From positions 1 through 26,085 of the IMG/VR virus record IMGVR_UViG_3300037755_000192: a DNA stretch of 26,085 bases. One strand, 5' to 3'. A program made the position numbers and the translations under genes. The notes below the pieces were generated by a model, which saw nothing but the letters and a program-made list of their open reading frames with translations, did no database searches and was not told where the DNA came from. This document shows, one piece after another, positions 1-9,915 of the stretch (positions are counted from its first letter, which is position 1; each line of letters starts with the position of its first letter). The DNA comes from a virus (taxonomy: Duplodnaviria; Caudoviricetes).

Positions 1-366
1 ATTACCTGGACCGAGCGCGCCAACCCGAAGAATTTTGCCCTGAATGGCATTACGTGGTCTGGAACCCAATTTGTGGCCGTTGGCGCCGCTGACGGCACGG
101 ATGCGTACATCGTCACCAGCCCGGATGGTATTACCTGGACGGAGCGCGCCAACCCGAAGAATTTTGCCCTGAATGGCATTACGTGGCTGAGTGACAAATT
201 TGTGGCCGTTGGCGCCGCCGACGGTACCGATGCGTATATCGTCACCAGTCCCGACGGTATTACCTGGACGGAGCAGGTCAATGCGAAGAATTTTGCCCTG
301 AATGGCATTACGTGGTCCGGAACCCAATTTGTGGCGGTCGGCAACGCCGACGGTACCGACGCCTAC
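1..366 (+). repeat. 129-bp (43-aa) tandem repeat, at least 2.8 copies starting at 1, 130 and 259; Asp-box/BNR-like SPDGITW unit
   Basis: ATTACCTGGAC recurs at 1, 130 and 259. The first 57 nt of copies 1 and 2 differ at one base. Confidence 0.95.
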
Positions 367-1893
367 GCGGTGTCGGATGCCACCGTAACGCTCACGGCCT
401 CCGAGCCGATATTTGCCAGTACCGACGTGGGCCGCATGGTGCGCCTCAAGCACTCGTCCACCTGGGGCTACGCGAAGGTTTCAGCGTACACAAGCCCGTG
501 GATTGTTGAGGTCACGATAGGTTCGGCTTTCGCGGCCACAACCGCCACAGTGGACTGGCGCCTCGGCGTCTGGTCGGACACGACCGGATATCCCGGCGCG
601 GTCGCTTTCTATGAGGACCGGCTGGTATTCGCCGGCAGTGAATCAGAGCCGCACCGCATTGACGGATCGAGAAACGGGGCGTACACAAACTTTTCCCCTA
701 CCGGCACCGACGGTGTGGTGGCGAATGATAGTGCCGTGTCGTTCTCGCTCAATTCCGGCAGCGTAAACCGTATTTTTTGGCTTGAGAACGACGAGAAGGG
801 GCTGCTGGCGGGCACCGCGCGAGGCGCGTGGGTGGTGCGCCCGTCGGTGTTGAGCGAGCCGTTGACGCCGACAAACATATCTGCCAAGCAGTTCACCACG
901 TTTGGCAGTAAGAATGTGCAGGCGGTGCGCGCGGGTCGCGCGGCCCTGTATTCACAATGGGACGGTCGCGTGCTGCGGGAGATAAGTTACGGCGTGAACA
1001 AGGACGGCTTTGGCGCCAAGGATAGCTCGATCGCATCCGGGCACATTACTGAGACCGGCATGGTCGAACTGACGTATCAGCAGTACCCGCACGAAATAGT
1101 GTGGGCGGCCCGCACCGACGGCGGGCTGATCGGCATGATCTACGCGCTGCCCGAGAGCGAAGAGGCTCCGATCCGCGGCTGGCATCGGCACACGCTGGGC
1201 GGGGTGTTTGTTTCTGGCAACGCGGTGGTCGAGTCCGTCTCGGCGGTCCCTTCGGCGGACGGTACCTATGAGCAGCTATGGATGATTGTCAAACGCACCA
1301 TTAATGGCGCGACGGTGCGCACTGTCGAGTACATGAAGAATTTCTTCGAGACCGGCGTGGACGCTATTGCAGACGCTTTCTTCGTGGATTGCGGCCTGAC
1401 GTATGACGGCGTGGCGACGACCGTTATTGGGGGCCTGTGGCACCTTGAGGGGCAGACGGTAACGATTCTGGCGGACGGCGCGGCGCACCCGGACAAGGTT
1501 GTCACGAACGGTAAGGTGACGCTCGACCGGTCGGCAACGAAGGTGCACGTTGGGTTGTACCAGAATGCTGACGGCGAGACGCTGCGCTGGGAAGCCGGCG
1601 CAAAAGATGGCACGGCGCAGGGCAAGACACAGCGCATCAACTACTGCGCATTCCGGCTGGACAGCACGGTCGGCATGAAATTCGGACCGGACTTCGACAA
1701 CCTGGATGAGGTCTTGTTTCGTGACAGCGACGACACCACGGGGGCGGCGATTCCGCTGTTTACCGGAGACAAGGGCGAATCCTTCAGCGGCGACTACAGT
1801 ACCGACGCGCGCGTGTGTTTTCGCCAGCATTTGCCACTGCCGTTCACGTTGCTGGGCATCTACCCGCAGCTTACGACTCAGGACAAGAACTGA
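1..1893 (+). CDS. Tail tubular protein B / nozzle-like beta-propeller protein (T7 gp12 / P22 gp10-like position), 5' truncated by window edge
   Basis: Frame 1 is open from base 1. Motifs YPGAVAFYEDRL, QQYPHEIVWAARTDG, GWHRH, FFVDCGLTYDG and C-terminal LPLPFTLLGI resemble podovirus nozzle proteins. It sits before the GNAT and ejection genes. Confidence 0.8.
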   Translation: MTWTERANPKNFALNGITWSGTQFVAVGAADGTDAYIVTSPDGITWTERANPKNFALNGITWLSDKFVAVGAADGTDAYIVTSPDGITWTEQVNAKNFALNGITWSGTQFVAVGNADGTDAYAVSDATVTLTASEPIFASTDVGRMVRLKHSSTWGYAKVSAYTSPWIVEVTIGSAFAATTATVDWRLGVWSDTTGYPGAVAFYEDRLVFAGSESEPHRIDGSRNGAYTNFSPTGTDGVVANDSAVSFSLNSGSVNRIFWLENDEKGLLAGTARGAWVVRPSVLSEPLTPTNISAKQFTTFGSKNVQAVRAGRAALYSQWDGRVLREISYGVNKDGFGAKDSSIASGHITETGMVELTYQQYPHEIVWAARTDGGLIGMIYALPESEEAPIRGWHRHTLGGVFVSGNAVVESVSAVPSADGTYEQLWMIVKRTINGATVRTVEYMKNFFETGVDAIADAFFVDCGLTYDGVATTVIGGLWHLEGQTVTILADGAAHPDKVVTNGKVTLDRSATKVHVGLYQNADGETLRWEAGAKDGTAQGKTQRINYCAFRLDSTVGMKFGPDFDNLDEVLFRDSDDTTGAAIPLFTGDKGESFSGDYSTDARVCFRQHLPLPFTLLGIYPQLTTQDKN

Positions 1894-2306
1894 TGCCGGT
1901 GACCGTTCCATTCCGTGCCGAGCACTTGCGGACGCTGACGCCGCAGCCGGAGCAGCGCGCCGAGTTGGAAGCGGCTGTTGCGAGCGGTCAGGAAGGGTAC
2001 GGCTGGACGGTGCAAGTGGGCGGCAAGGCCGTTGCCTGTGCCGTTCTGGTTGGCAGTGGCCACCGTGGCGCGGTGTTCGCGTTTATTGGGGCGGATGCCG
2101 GCCCGTATATGCGGCGCGTATATCGCGTGGCCGAGCGCCTGTTTGATACGGCCCCGTTCAGGCGCATCGAGGCTACGGTACTTACCGGCTTCGCCGCCGG
2201 GGACCGATGGATGCGCATGTTAAAATTTGAATTAGAGACCCCGAACGGCATGCGAGCCTTCGGGCCGGGCGGCGAGACGCATTCGTTGTACGCGAGGATT
2301 AAATAA
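1893..2306 (+). CDS. GNAT-fold acetyltransferase-like virion morphogenesis protein (T7 gp13-like position)
   Basis: ATG overlaps the upstream stop (TGATG at 1891-1895). RRIEATV...RWMRMLKFELE is a GNAT-like motif. Synteny fits. Confidence 0.7.
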   Translation: MPVTVPFRAEHLRTLTPQPEQRAELEAAVASGQEGYGWTVQVGGKAVACAVLVGSGHRGAVFAFIGADAGPYMRRVYRVAERLFDTAPFRRIEATVLTGFAAGDRWMRMLKFELETPNGMRAFGPGGETHSLYARIK

Positions 2307-2307
2307 G

Positions 2308-2757
2308 ATGGCTTGGGCCGGTGCAGTAATCGGACTGATTGGCGGGCTGGTCAGCGCCAGCGGGAAAGGCGCGGAAGGTCGCAAGGCCGAGAAAGAATTC
2401 AATATCAACGCACGGATTGCTGAAGAGAACGCCCAGCTGGCGCGCGACGCGGCAGCCGACGACATTCTGAGCCTCAAGCGTACCGCCTACAAAACGGAAG
2501 GCGGCATTCGGGCAGGCTATGGCGCCTCGGGCGTTTCCGCCGGCAGCGGCAGTGCCCTCGACGTACTGGCGGATAGCATGTCTCAAGCGGTGCTCGACCA
2601 GAACCGCCGCAAATTGCAGGGCGAATTGGAAGCCCGGGACTTTATTAATCAAGCCGCCTCGGGGCGCCGGTACGGCCGGGCTGCGCGCACCGGCGGTAAC
2701 TATGGCGCGGCCGGGCAGGCACTATCCAGTGTTGGGCAGTATTACAGTAGCAAATAA
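2308..2757 (+). CDS. Small internal virion/ejection protein (gp14-like)
   Basis: 149 aa with a Gly/Ala-rich hydrophobic N-terminus, a coiled region and an ASGV-GS-LDVL motif. Position matches podovirus core genes. Confidence 0.7.
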   Translation: MAWAGAVIGLIGGLVSASGKGAEGRKAEKEFNINARIAEENAQLARDAAADDILSLKRTAYKTEGGIRAGYGASGVSAGSGSALDVLADSMSQAVLDQNRRKLQGELEARDFINQAASGRRYGRAARTGGNYGAAGQALSSVGQYYSSK

Positions 2758-2768
2758 ACGAGACCCAC

Positions 2769-4271
2769 ATGCCGATCATCAGAGAATATAACCAGCAGCT
2801 GAACGCGCCGAACCGGCCGATCTCACAGTCGGCGGACCCGCGCGCGGCGGGCGCGGCGTACCGTGGTATGCAGGCGCTCGGGGAGGGGATTCAAGACCTT
2901 GGCAAGGACGTGTTTGATGTCGCCGAGCAGCACGAGCAGGCCAATTTGCAAGTGGATCTTGCCAAGGCCCGCGCCGACCTTACGGCCAAGATGCAGCGTG
3001 CCAAGGAAACCGGCGAGGCGTCCGACCCTGAGTATGTGAAGTATGCCACCGAGGCGGCGCAGGAAATATCCGCCCAGCTGGCCGAGAAAATGACAACCCG
3101 CCGCGGCATGAACACCGCGCGCGTTATGGGGTCGCAGCTGTCCGCCAGCGTGCAGACGCAGGCGATTCACGACAATGCGTCGGCGATCGGGGAGCAGGCC
3201 AAGCTCACGGCGCTTGAAACGCAGAACATCAACCGCATGACGCTTGCCAGTAGTCCGCAGCAGTTCACGGCGGTTCTGGGCGAGACGCGGCAGTACATCG
3301 ACTCGCTGACCAACATTGACGCCAATCTGCGCCAGCGCATGCTGATCGAGGCTGAGGATGGTCTGGCGACCGCCGCCATTCAGGGCGTTATTCGCACCCG
3401 CAGCCCCGAGGAAGCCAAGCAGATTCTGGACGCCCGGCAGATGGACGGGTTCCTGTTGGCGGATAGCAAGAAGAGCCTGTACGCCGAAGCTGACCAGGCG
3501 ATCCGGGCGCGCGAGGCGGAAGCTATTCGGCTGGAAGCGCACCAGAAACGGTTGGAAGAAAAAGAGCATCAGGAAATCGGCAAGGACTTTGTTGCCAAGA
3601 TGAACTCTCCAAATGGTAATCAGTTGTCCACCAAAGAGATACTGGCTTCCAAGTTGCCGTGGCAGACCAAGGAGCATTTCATCAAGGCGTTGTCGGAGGG
3701 ATCGAGTGCGAAAGCTGATCCGAGAACCGTAAACGAGCTGATCCGGCGCATTCATTTGCCGGACGCAGACCCGCGCAAGATTTCGCACGACGCCCAGCTG
3801 CTTGCCTACGTCGGCCGAGGGCTAGACTTGAAGGCGTTGAATGATGTGCGTAGGGAATTTGACGAGGTGCGCGACCCGTCCAACCAGCCGCTGAATGACG
3901 TGCGCAAGACCATGTTGAACAGTGTCAAATCGCAGATCGCCAAGTCCACCATGTTCGCGGCGGACCCGGCTGGCGAAGAGCAGTTTTACAAATACCAGCA
4001 GTATGTGGCCTTGCGCGTGCAGCAGACCCGCGAAGCCAGCGAGGATGTATTCGATCTGTTCGACCCGCGCAATCAGAACTACCTTGGCAGCAAGGACGTG
4101 CTTCAGCAGTTCCAGCGCAGCCCGCAGGAGCAGATGGCGGATATGGCCGAGCGCATGAAGCGTGGCAATCAGAAATCTGAGATTGCTTGGCCCGGCGGTA
4201 AGCCGCCGGAGCGGCAGCCTGGCGAGACGCCCGCGCAGTATCTGGAACGACTCAAGAAGGCCGGGAAATGA
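2769..4271 (+). CDS. Internal virion/ejection protein (gp15-like, alpha-helical)
   Basis: 500 aa, Ala/Gln/Glu-rich and helical, with an MPIIREY-type N-terminus. Synteny fits. Confidence 0.6.
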   Translation: MPIIREYNQQLNAPNRPISQSADPRAAGAAYRGMQALGEGIQDLGKDVFDVAEQHEQANLQVDLAKARADLTAKMQRAKETGEASDPEYVKYATEAAQEISAQLAEKMTTRRGMNTARVMGSQLSASVQTQAIHDNASAIGEQAKLTALETQNINRMTLASSPQQFTAVLGETRQYIDSLTNIDANLRQRMLIEAEDGLATAAIQGVIRTRSPEEAKQILDARQMDGFLLADSKKSLYAEADQAIRAREAEAIRLEAHQKRLEEKEHQEIGKDFVAKMNSPNGNQLSTKEILASKLPWQTKEHFIKALSEGSSAKADPRTVNELIRRIHLPDADPRKISHDAQLLAYVGRGLDLKALNDVRREFDEVRDPSNQPLNDVRKTMLNSVKSQIAKSTMFAADPAGEEQFYKYQQYVALRVQQTREASEDVFDLFDPRNQNYLGSKDVLQQFQRSPQEQMADMAERMKRGNQKSEIAWPGGKPPERQPGETPAQYLERLKKAGK

Positions 4272-7200
4272 ACGGCGTCCAAGAGATTGAGCAACTGAAG
4301 GCCGCCGGGTTCAGCGGCGAAGAGATCGCGCAGCACGAGGCCGACCAGCGGGTTGCGCTCAGCAAGGCGGGGTTTTCGCAAGGTGAGATCGACAAGCACT
4401 TCGGTACTCAGCCCGCCAACATGAAGGCGGTCGAGCAGTATTTTTCCGGTGTGGCCTCGGCGCTGCAGCAGGAAGCGGCGCCTGCGGAAGGCGGTCCGAA
4501 AAAAGCGGCTAGCTTCTCGGAGTATCTGGACGCCGGCTGGCAAGTGTCCGTAACCGGGTTGAAGCAGCGCGGGGAGCTACCAGACGTTACGGCCGAGGAA
4601 GCCCCGTGGTACGGCAGGCTGGCCGCCAACGTGGCGACGCTGGCTGGGGATGCGCCGTCGATGCTGGTAGGCGCGGTAGCTGGCACGGCACTGACTCGAA
4701 GCCCTATTGTTGGCGCCGGGGCCGCTTTCGGGTTGCCGATGGCGCTGCGCGAGGCGCTGATCCAGAACATCAAGAATGGGTCGGTGAAAGACCCGCAAGA
4801 CTTTATCGACCGCACGCTGGCGATCGCGTGGGAAGGCGGCAAGGGATTCGTCACCGGCGCGGCTACGTTGGGCGCCGGTAAGGCCGCCGGGCTTCTGCCA
4901 GTTGCCAGCCCCGCCGCGAAGACCGGGGCGCGGCTTGCTGCGGAACTGACAACGATGACGACCGTTGGGCATGCGCTCGAAGGCCATTTGCCGACTGCGC
5001 AGGCATTCCTGGACGGCGCGATATTGCTGGGGGGCTTGAAAGGCACGGTGCACGTGAGCGGCAAGCTGATGGAGATTTACCACAAGACCGGCAAGCTGCC
5101 GGCGGAAGTGGTGCAGGACGCGGCGGAAGACGCCACGATTAAGCAGTCGATTCTGTCCACCAATGAGCAGATCCCGACGGCGTACAAGGATTTGGTACGG
5201 GGCGCGATTGAAGCGGCCAAGCCAAAGCCCGAGAAGCCCGCACGCGACCTGACCGGCCGCAGCGAAGCCGAGCAGACCGTGCTGGCCCGCGTGGCCGGCG
5301 AGCAGAAGAAGCCTGGCTACTCGTGGGACAAATTTTACACGGAAGTAGTGAACGACTTGCACCCGATATTCAAGGCCGTGGAAGAGCTGGGCGGCAAGGA
5401 TTTGCCCGTCGAGCAGCATGCTGGCAAGTTGGCGCAGCTCACGCGCGGCTCAATCGGTAAGGCCGACCAGGCGCTTGAGTTTGCCATCTTTGATCCAAAG
5501 ACGCTGAAGAACGTCGGCGAAGGATTGAAGGACCGCATGCGCCCGGTGGCCGAGGATCTGGACGGCTGGCGCGCGTACGCCTTGTCGAAGCGCGCGGTGG
5601 AGTTGGACCAGAAAGGAATCGTTACCGGCATTGACATCGCAGCCGCCAAGCGTGTTGTGGCGGACGGCAAGAAGAACAAATACGAGTACGAAGTCGTGAG
5701 CCAGAAGGTAACGGAGTACCAGAACTGGCTGGTCGATAACTTGGCCGAGTCTGGCATTCTTTCCAAGGACGCCGCTGCCGCCATGAAGGAAGCGCACAAG
5801 GACTACGTGCCGTTCTATCGTCTTATGGACGAACCGGGTGCCGGCCGCGGAGCTGGCGTAGGCATGCGCGTGCGCGACCCGATAAAAGGCATTAAGGGCT
5901 CCGAGCGGCAGATTCTCGACCCCATCGAATCTATAATCAAGAACACGTACCTGTACGCGCAGCTTGCTGACCGCAACATGGTCGGGCGGGCGATGGTGGA
6001 GCTGGCCGAGAAGCACCCGCAGGGAGCGGAGTTTCTGACGCCGGTTCCGCAGCGGCTCAGCAAGGTCAGCATCAGCGACGCCGAAATAAACAGATTTCTT
6101 AAAGAGCAGGGCATCGACGAGCGGGTAAGCGAGGCGATGTCGGTCTTCCGCGCCGGAGGATTCAACCCCAGCCCGGACACGATTGTTGTGTTCCGCAACG
6201 GCGAGAAAGAAGTGTTCAAGGTCAGCCGCGACTTGGCCGACGCCTTCAATAAAACAGACCGGTTCACGGCCGGCTTGTTGCTGAAAGTCCTGTCTACGCC
6301 GGCATCCATGCTGCGCGCGGGCGCCGTGCTGTCTCCCGACTTTATGGCGCGCAACTTGGCCCGCGATCAGCTATCCGCATTTATCAACTCGGATTCCGGC
6401 TACCGCATGGTGACTGATTCGCTGCGTGGCATGCAGCAGATAATCGGCAAGACCGAGGTGTACCAGAATTGGTTGAAGTCTGGCGGTGCCAATGCGGCGC
6501 TGGTGAACATCGACCGGCAGTACATCGCCCACAAGGTATTTAAGTTAGACGAGCAAACCGGGTTCATCGGCAGTGCCGTCAACGTCGTAAAGACCCCGAT
6601 CGAGCTGCTGCGCGTGGCCTCTGAACTGCTTGAGAACGGCACACGCATCGGCGAGTTTATGCGCGCCTCGAAGGGGGGCGACAAGGCGGCGCTGCTCGAG
6701 GGTGGCTTTGCCTCCCGCGAAGTAACACTGGACTTCTCGCGTGTCGGGGCCAAGACCCGCGCAGTGAATCAGATAACCGCGTTCTGGAATGCACACGTGC
6801 AGGGCCTGGACCGCACCGCCCGCAAGTTCAAGGAAGACCCGATGGGCACGACCGCCAAGGTAGCGGCGGCCATCACCCTGCCGTCGGTGCTGCTGTGGTG
6901 GGCGAACCACGACGACCCCCGCTGGAAACAGATTCCCGACTGGCAGAAAGACCTGTTTTGGATTGTGATGACGGATGACCACGTGTATCGCATCCCGAAG
7001 CCGTTTGAGTTGGGGCTGATCTTCGGCACGTTACCGGAGCGCGCCCTGGACGCGGTTTACGACGCCGACCCAAAAGCGTTCAAAGGCATGGGTGAAACAA
7101 TCCTGAAGAATATCGTGCCGGACTTCCTGCCAACGGCTGCCGCCCCGATCCTTGAACAGTGGGCGAACCGCAGCACGCTGTCCGGCCACACGCTCATTCC

Positions 7201-7852
7201 CCGCACCCTGGAAGGCCTGCTGCCGCAGTACCAGGCCACGCCGTACACCACGGAGACAGCCAAGGCCCTCGGCAGCATCATCGGATCGGTGCCGGGCCTG
7301 CATGACTCGCAGGCGGCTTCGCCGATTCTTGCAGAGAACTACCTGCGCGCATGGACCGGCGGGCTCGGCATGTACGCCTTGCAACTGGCCGATGCGGGGC
7401 TGCGCAAATCGGGCGTGTTGCCGGATCCCGTGAAGCCGGCTGACACGCTGGCCGACATTCCGTTCGTCAAGGCATTCGTGGTCCGGTATCCGTCGGCCAG
7501 CGCGCAGCCAATTCAGGATTTCTATGATCGCTACGAGCGTAACCAGAAGGTGGTCAAAACCGTGCAGTATCTCGCCCAACAGGGTAATCAGGACGCTGTA
7601 CTGATCGAGATGGCGCTGGCGCCGGATGCGCTGATGACGATGACCGGCGCCCGCGAGGCGATTTCAAATATGTCCAAGTTCGTGCGCGATGTCTACATCA
7701 ACCCGGGATTCTCCCGCGACGACAAACGCCAACTGATCGACGCCGCGTATTATCAGATGATCCAGACCGCCGAACTGGCAAACGCCCTCATGGATGAAGT
7801 GGAGAAGACAGTACCAAAATCGCTTTTCGACGACCTCGGTGTTGCGAAATAA
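4268..7852 (+). CDS. Large internal virion protein (gp16-like) with C-terminal LPD38-type domain
   Basis: 1194 aa with an ATGA overlap. DPRWKQIPDWQKDLFWIV...YRIPKPFELG is an LPD38-like signature. The N-terminus has a duplicated AGFSxxEI motif. Confidence 0.75.
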   Translation: MNGVQEIEQLKAAGFSGEEIAQHEADQRVALSKAGFSQGEIDKHFGTQPANMKAVEQYFSGVASALQQEAAPAEGGPKKAASFSEYLDAGWQVSVTGLKQRGELPDVTAEEAPWYGRLAANVATLAGDAPSMLVGAVAGTALTRSPIVGAGAAFGLPMALREALIQNIKNGSVKDPQDFIDRTLAIAWEGGKGFVTGAATLGAGKAAGLLPVASPAAKTGARLAAELTTMTTVGHALEGHLPTAQAFLDGAILLGGLKGTVHVSGKLMEIYHKTGKLPAEVVQDAAEDATIKQSILSTNEQIPTAYKDLVRGAIEAAKPKPEKPARDLTGRSEAEQTVLARVAGEQKKPGYSWDKFYTEVVNDLHPIFKAVEELGGKDLPVEQHAGKLAQLTRGSIGKADQALEFAIFDPKTLKNVGEGLKDRMRPVAEDLDGWRAYALSKRAVELDQKGIVTGIDIAAAKRVVADGKKNKYEYEVVSQKVTEYQNWLVDNLAESGILSKDAAAAMKEAHKDYVPFYRLMDEPGAGRGAGVGMRVRDPIKGIKGSERQILDPIESIIKNTYLYAQLADRNMVGRAMVELAEKHPQGAEFLTPVPQRLSKVSISDAEINRFLKEQGIDERVSEAMSVFRAGGFNPSPDTIVVFRNGEKEVFKVSRDLADAFNKTDRFTAGLLLKVLSTPASMLRAGAVLSPDFMARNLARDQLSAFINSDSGYRMVTDSLRGMQQIIGKTEVYQNWLKSGGANAALVNIDRQYIAHKVFKLDEQTGFIGSAVNVVKTPIELLRVASELLENGTRIGEFMRASKGGDKAALLEGGFASREVTLDFSRVGAKTRAVNQITAFWNAHVQGLDRTARKFKEDPMGTTAKVAAAITLPSVLLWWANHDDPRWKQIPDWQKDLFWIVMTDDHVYRIPKPFELGLIFGTLPERALDAVYDADPKAFKGMGETILKNIVPDFLPTAAAPILEQWANRSTLSGHTLIPRTLEGLLPQYQATPYTTETAKALGSIIGSVPGLHDSQAASPILAENYLRAWTGGLGMYALQLADAGLRKSGVLPDPVKPADTLADIPFVKAFVVRYPSASAQPIQDFYDRYERNQKVVKTVQYLAQQGNQDAVLIEMALAPDALMTMTGAREAISNMSKFVRDVYINPGFSRDDKRQLIDAAYYQMIQTAELANALMDEVEKTVPKSLFDDLGVAK

Positions 7853-7870
7853 GCAACATATTGGCATAAT
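7841..7870 (+). promoter_or_regulatory. Sigma70-like promoter (TTGCGA-17-CATAAT, extended TG) overlapped by the 17-bp palindrome GTTGCGAAATAAGCAAC
   Basis: -35 at 7842-7847, -10 at 7865-7870, palindrome at 7841-7857. GGGGA RBS precedes ATG 7892. Confidence 0.6.
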
Positions 7871-7891
7871 GAATACATTGGGGGATTTTAC

Positions 7892-9904
7892 ATGACCGTC
7901 AGCACGACCGATAACCGAGGCTCCTACGCTGGTAATGGCGTAACGACGGTTTTCTCCTTTCCGAACGCGTTCTTGGCCGACGCCGACCTGGTGGTGCTGG
8001 ACGTTCTGGACTCCACGGGCGCCGAAACCGTAAAAACCCTGACCACGCACTACACCGTTTCCGGCGCCGGCGACGCTGCCGGTGGCTCGGTAACGATGCT
8101 GACCGCCCCGGCGGCCGGCCACACGCTGGTCATATATCGCGACCCGGCGTTGACCCAGCCGATCGACCTTGTGAACGGCGACCTGCTCAATGTCGAGACT
8201 GGCGTCGAACGTGGCTTTGATCGGGCGGCGATGCAGATTCAACGTGTGCGGGATATCGTTGATCGCTCTTTGCATCTGCCGGAAGGGGATGTTGGATTCA
8301 CGGCGGCGGATCTCGAGCTGCCGGCGGAAGTTGATCGGGCGAGTAAATTCCTGGCCTTTGATGCAGATGGGAAGCCAATCGCGACAGCTGGCATTGCAGG
8401 CACAGTAGTTGTCTCGCCGTTTATGGAAACGGTCGTGGACGACACCAATCAAGATGCCGCCCTCGTGACGCTTTTGAGCGGCGCGGACGGTAACGCGGCG
8501 TTGACAAATCTCGAAGCTACCCGCTCTGAAACAGGGGCGACGGCAGTTCCGGTGCTGACAAAGCTCCGAGAGTGCATCAGCGTTTTCGATTTTATGACCG
8601 CCGCACAGATAGCGGACGCAGTGGCAAGAACCGCGTCGCTGGATACCACGGCTGCGATTCAAGCGGCACTCACCGCAGCCAATACAATTACCGGCGGCAC
8701 GGTATTCATCCCAGCCGGAACCTATAAGGTGACTGGCGCCCTCACATTGTACAAGAACACGGTCCTTAAAGGCGCCGGAAAGGCGGCGTCTATCCTCCTG
8801 TCCAACCACACAGGCGACGGCATAAACTCAACGTGGCCGATAAACTCGTCTACCCCGGTGAACATAGTAGTCGAGCATCTGCAACTGAAAAATACCAATG
8901 CCGCTAACACGGGCGGGGGATTCGTAGATGTCGGAGGGACGTACTGGTCCCTGCGTGACTGTCACATCGAGGGCTTCAAATACGGGGGGATCCTGGATCA
9001 GTCAGAACTTGTAGAGATAGATACTTCCACGTTCCAGTTCCAGCTCCTGTGCGCGGTATGGCTAGTGAACGGCGATCAGCACACAGTCGGCGCCAGCAAT
9101 CTATATACAAACCGCATCAGCATTAAGCGCACACAGATAAATAACAACGCTACCGCCGGGCTATACGGGATTATTGATGAAGGCGGGTACGCGCACACAT
9201 TTGAAGCGTTGAATTTTAATGGGTGCGACACTCACGTATACCTGGCAGGGGTGGCGCCGGTGCTATTCGTTTCCTGCGAGTGGGAAGGCGCGGCTACCAG
9301 AAACGTGCTCTCCGAAGCCGTGCGATACCACGGCGGGGGTGCGGTGGGCTCTTCTGTTGGGGTTATATTCCAATCTAACCTTTTTGTCCCGGATGCGGGC
9401 GCTACCGATTCGCTCAACTTTAACTATGGCGGCCCGCTGAACTTAGTTGGTAATTACTGGTCTGGCGCGCACAGCCCAAAAATAGCGGGCGTCGCCAACA
9501 TAGCCCACGTCGTTTCACTGGGGAATCAATACGACGCCGGGGCCTTGTTCACACAATCCGCATACTATCAGCACGTCACCATGGATTGGCTGGTTGGCGG
9601 AACAGGTTCAGGGCTTACCATCGGCACCAATACCAATGGTATCAAGAAGTACCTGTACGCAACAGCCACTTGGGATCCAGCAAGTATAGCTAACACCGCT
9701 TCGGATAACGTCTCCGTGTCGTGTCCCGGTGCCGAAGTGGGCGATTTATGCCTCGCGGGTTTTAATTCTATCGCTGGATCTGGCTGGACTATCGACGCCC
9801 AATGTGTCACGGCCGACAACGTACTGGTGCGAATTACTAATTTAACAGGTGGAGCCGTTGATCTGGCGTCTGGAACTGTAAAAGTGTGCGTGTTCAAGAG
9901 CTAG
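7892..9904 (+). CDS. Tail fiber/tailspike: T7 gp17-like N-terminal adaptor, right-handed beta-helix (pectate-lyase-3-like) and C-terminal beta-sandwich
   Basis: N-terminal YAGNGVTTVFSFP...ERGFDR. ISVFDF...DTTAAIQAAL...GGTVFIPAGTY is a beta-helix start motif. Confidence 0.85.
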   Translation: MTVSTTDNRGSYAGNGVTTVFSFPNAFLADADLVVLDVLDSTGAETVKTLTTHYTVSGAGDAAGGSVTMLTAPAAGHTLVIYRDPALTQPIDLVNGDLLNVETGVERGFDRAAMQIQRVRDIVDRSLHLPEGDVGFTAADLELPAEVDRASKFLAFDADGKPIATAGIAGTVVVSPFMETVVDDTNQDAALVTLLSGADGNAALTNLEATRSETGATAVPVLTKLRECISVFDFMTAAQIADAVARTASLDTTAAIQAALTAANTITGGTVFIPAGTYKVTGALTLYKNTVLKGAGKAASILLSNHTGDGINSTWPINSSTPVNIVVEHLQLKNTNAANTGGGFVDVGGTYWSLRDCHIEGFKYGGILDQSELVEIDTSTFQFQLLCAVWLVNGDQHTVGASNLYTNRISIKRTQINNNATAGLYGIIDEGGYAHTFEALNFNGCDTHVYLAGVAPVLFVSCEWEGAATRNVLSEAVRYHGGGAVGSSVGVIFQSNLFVPDAGATDSLNFNYGGPLNLVGNYWSGAHSPKIAGVANIAHVVSLGNQYDAGALFTQSAYYQHVTMDWLVGGTGSGLTIGTNTNGIKKYLYATATWDPASIANTASDNVSVSCPGAEVGDLCLAGFNSIAGSGWTIDAQCVTADNVLVRITNLTGGAVDLASGTVKVCVFKS

Positions 9905-9915
9905 AGGCACAACGC

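Noticed and set aside
1-366. CRISPR array or DGR template/variable repeat
   Set aside because: The repeats are contiguous in-frame coding units without spacers. Differences are not adenine-specific, and no reverse transcriptase is in the window.
2823-3788. 321-aa antisense ORF
   Set aside because: It shadows a well-supported + strand gene in GC-rich DNA and has no motifs.
7664-8809. 381-aa antisense ORF
   Set aside because: It is antisense to the gp16-like and tailspike genes, has no motifs, and is explained by codon bias.
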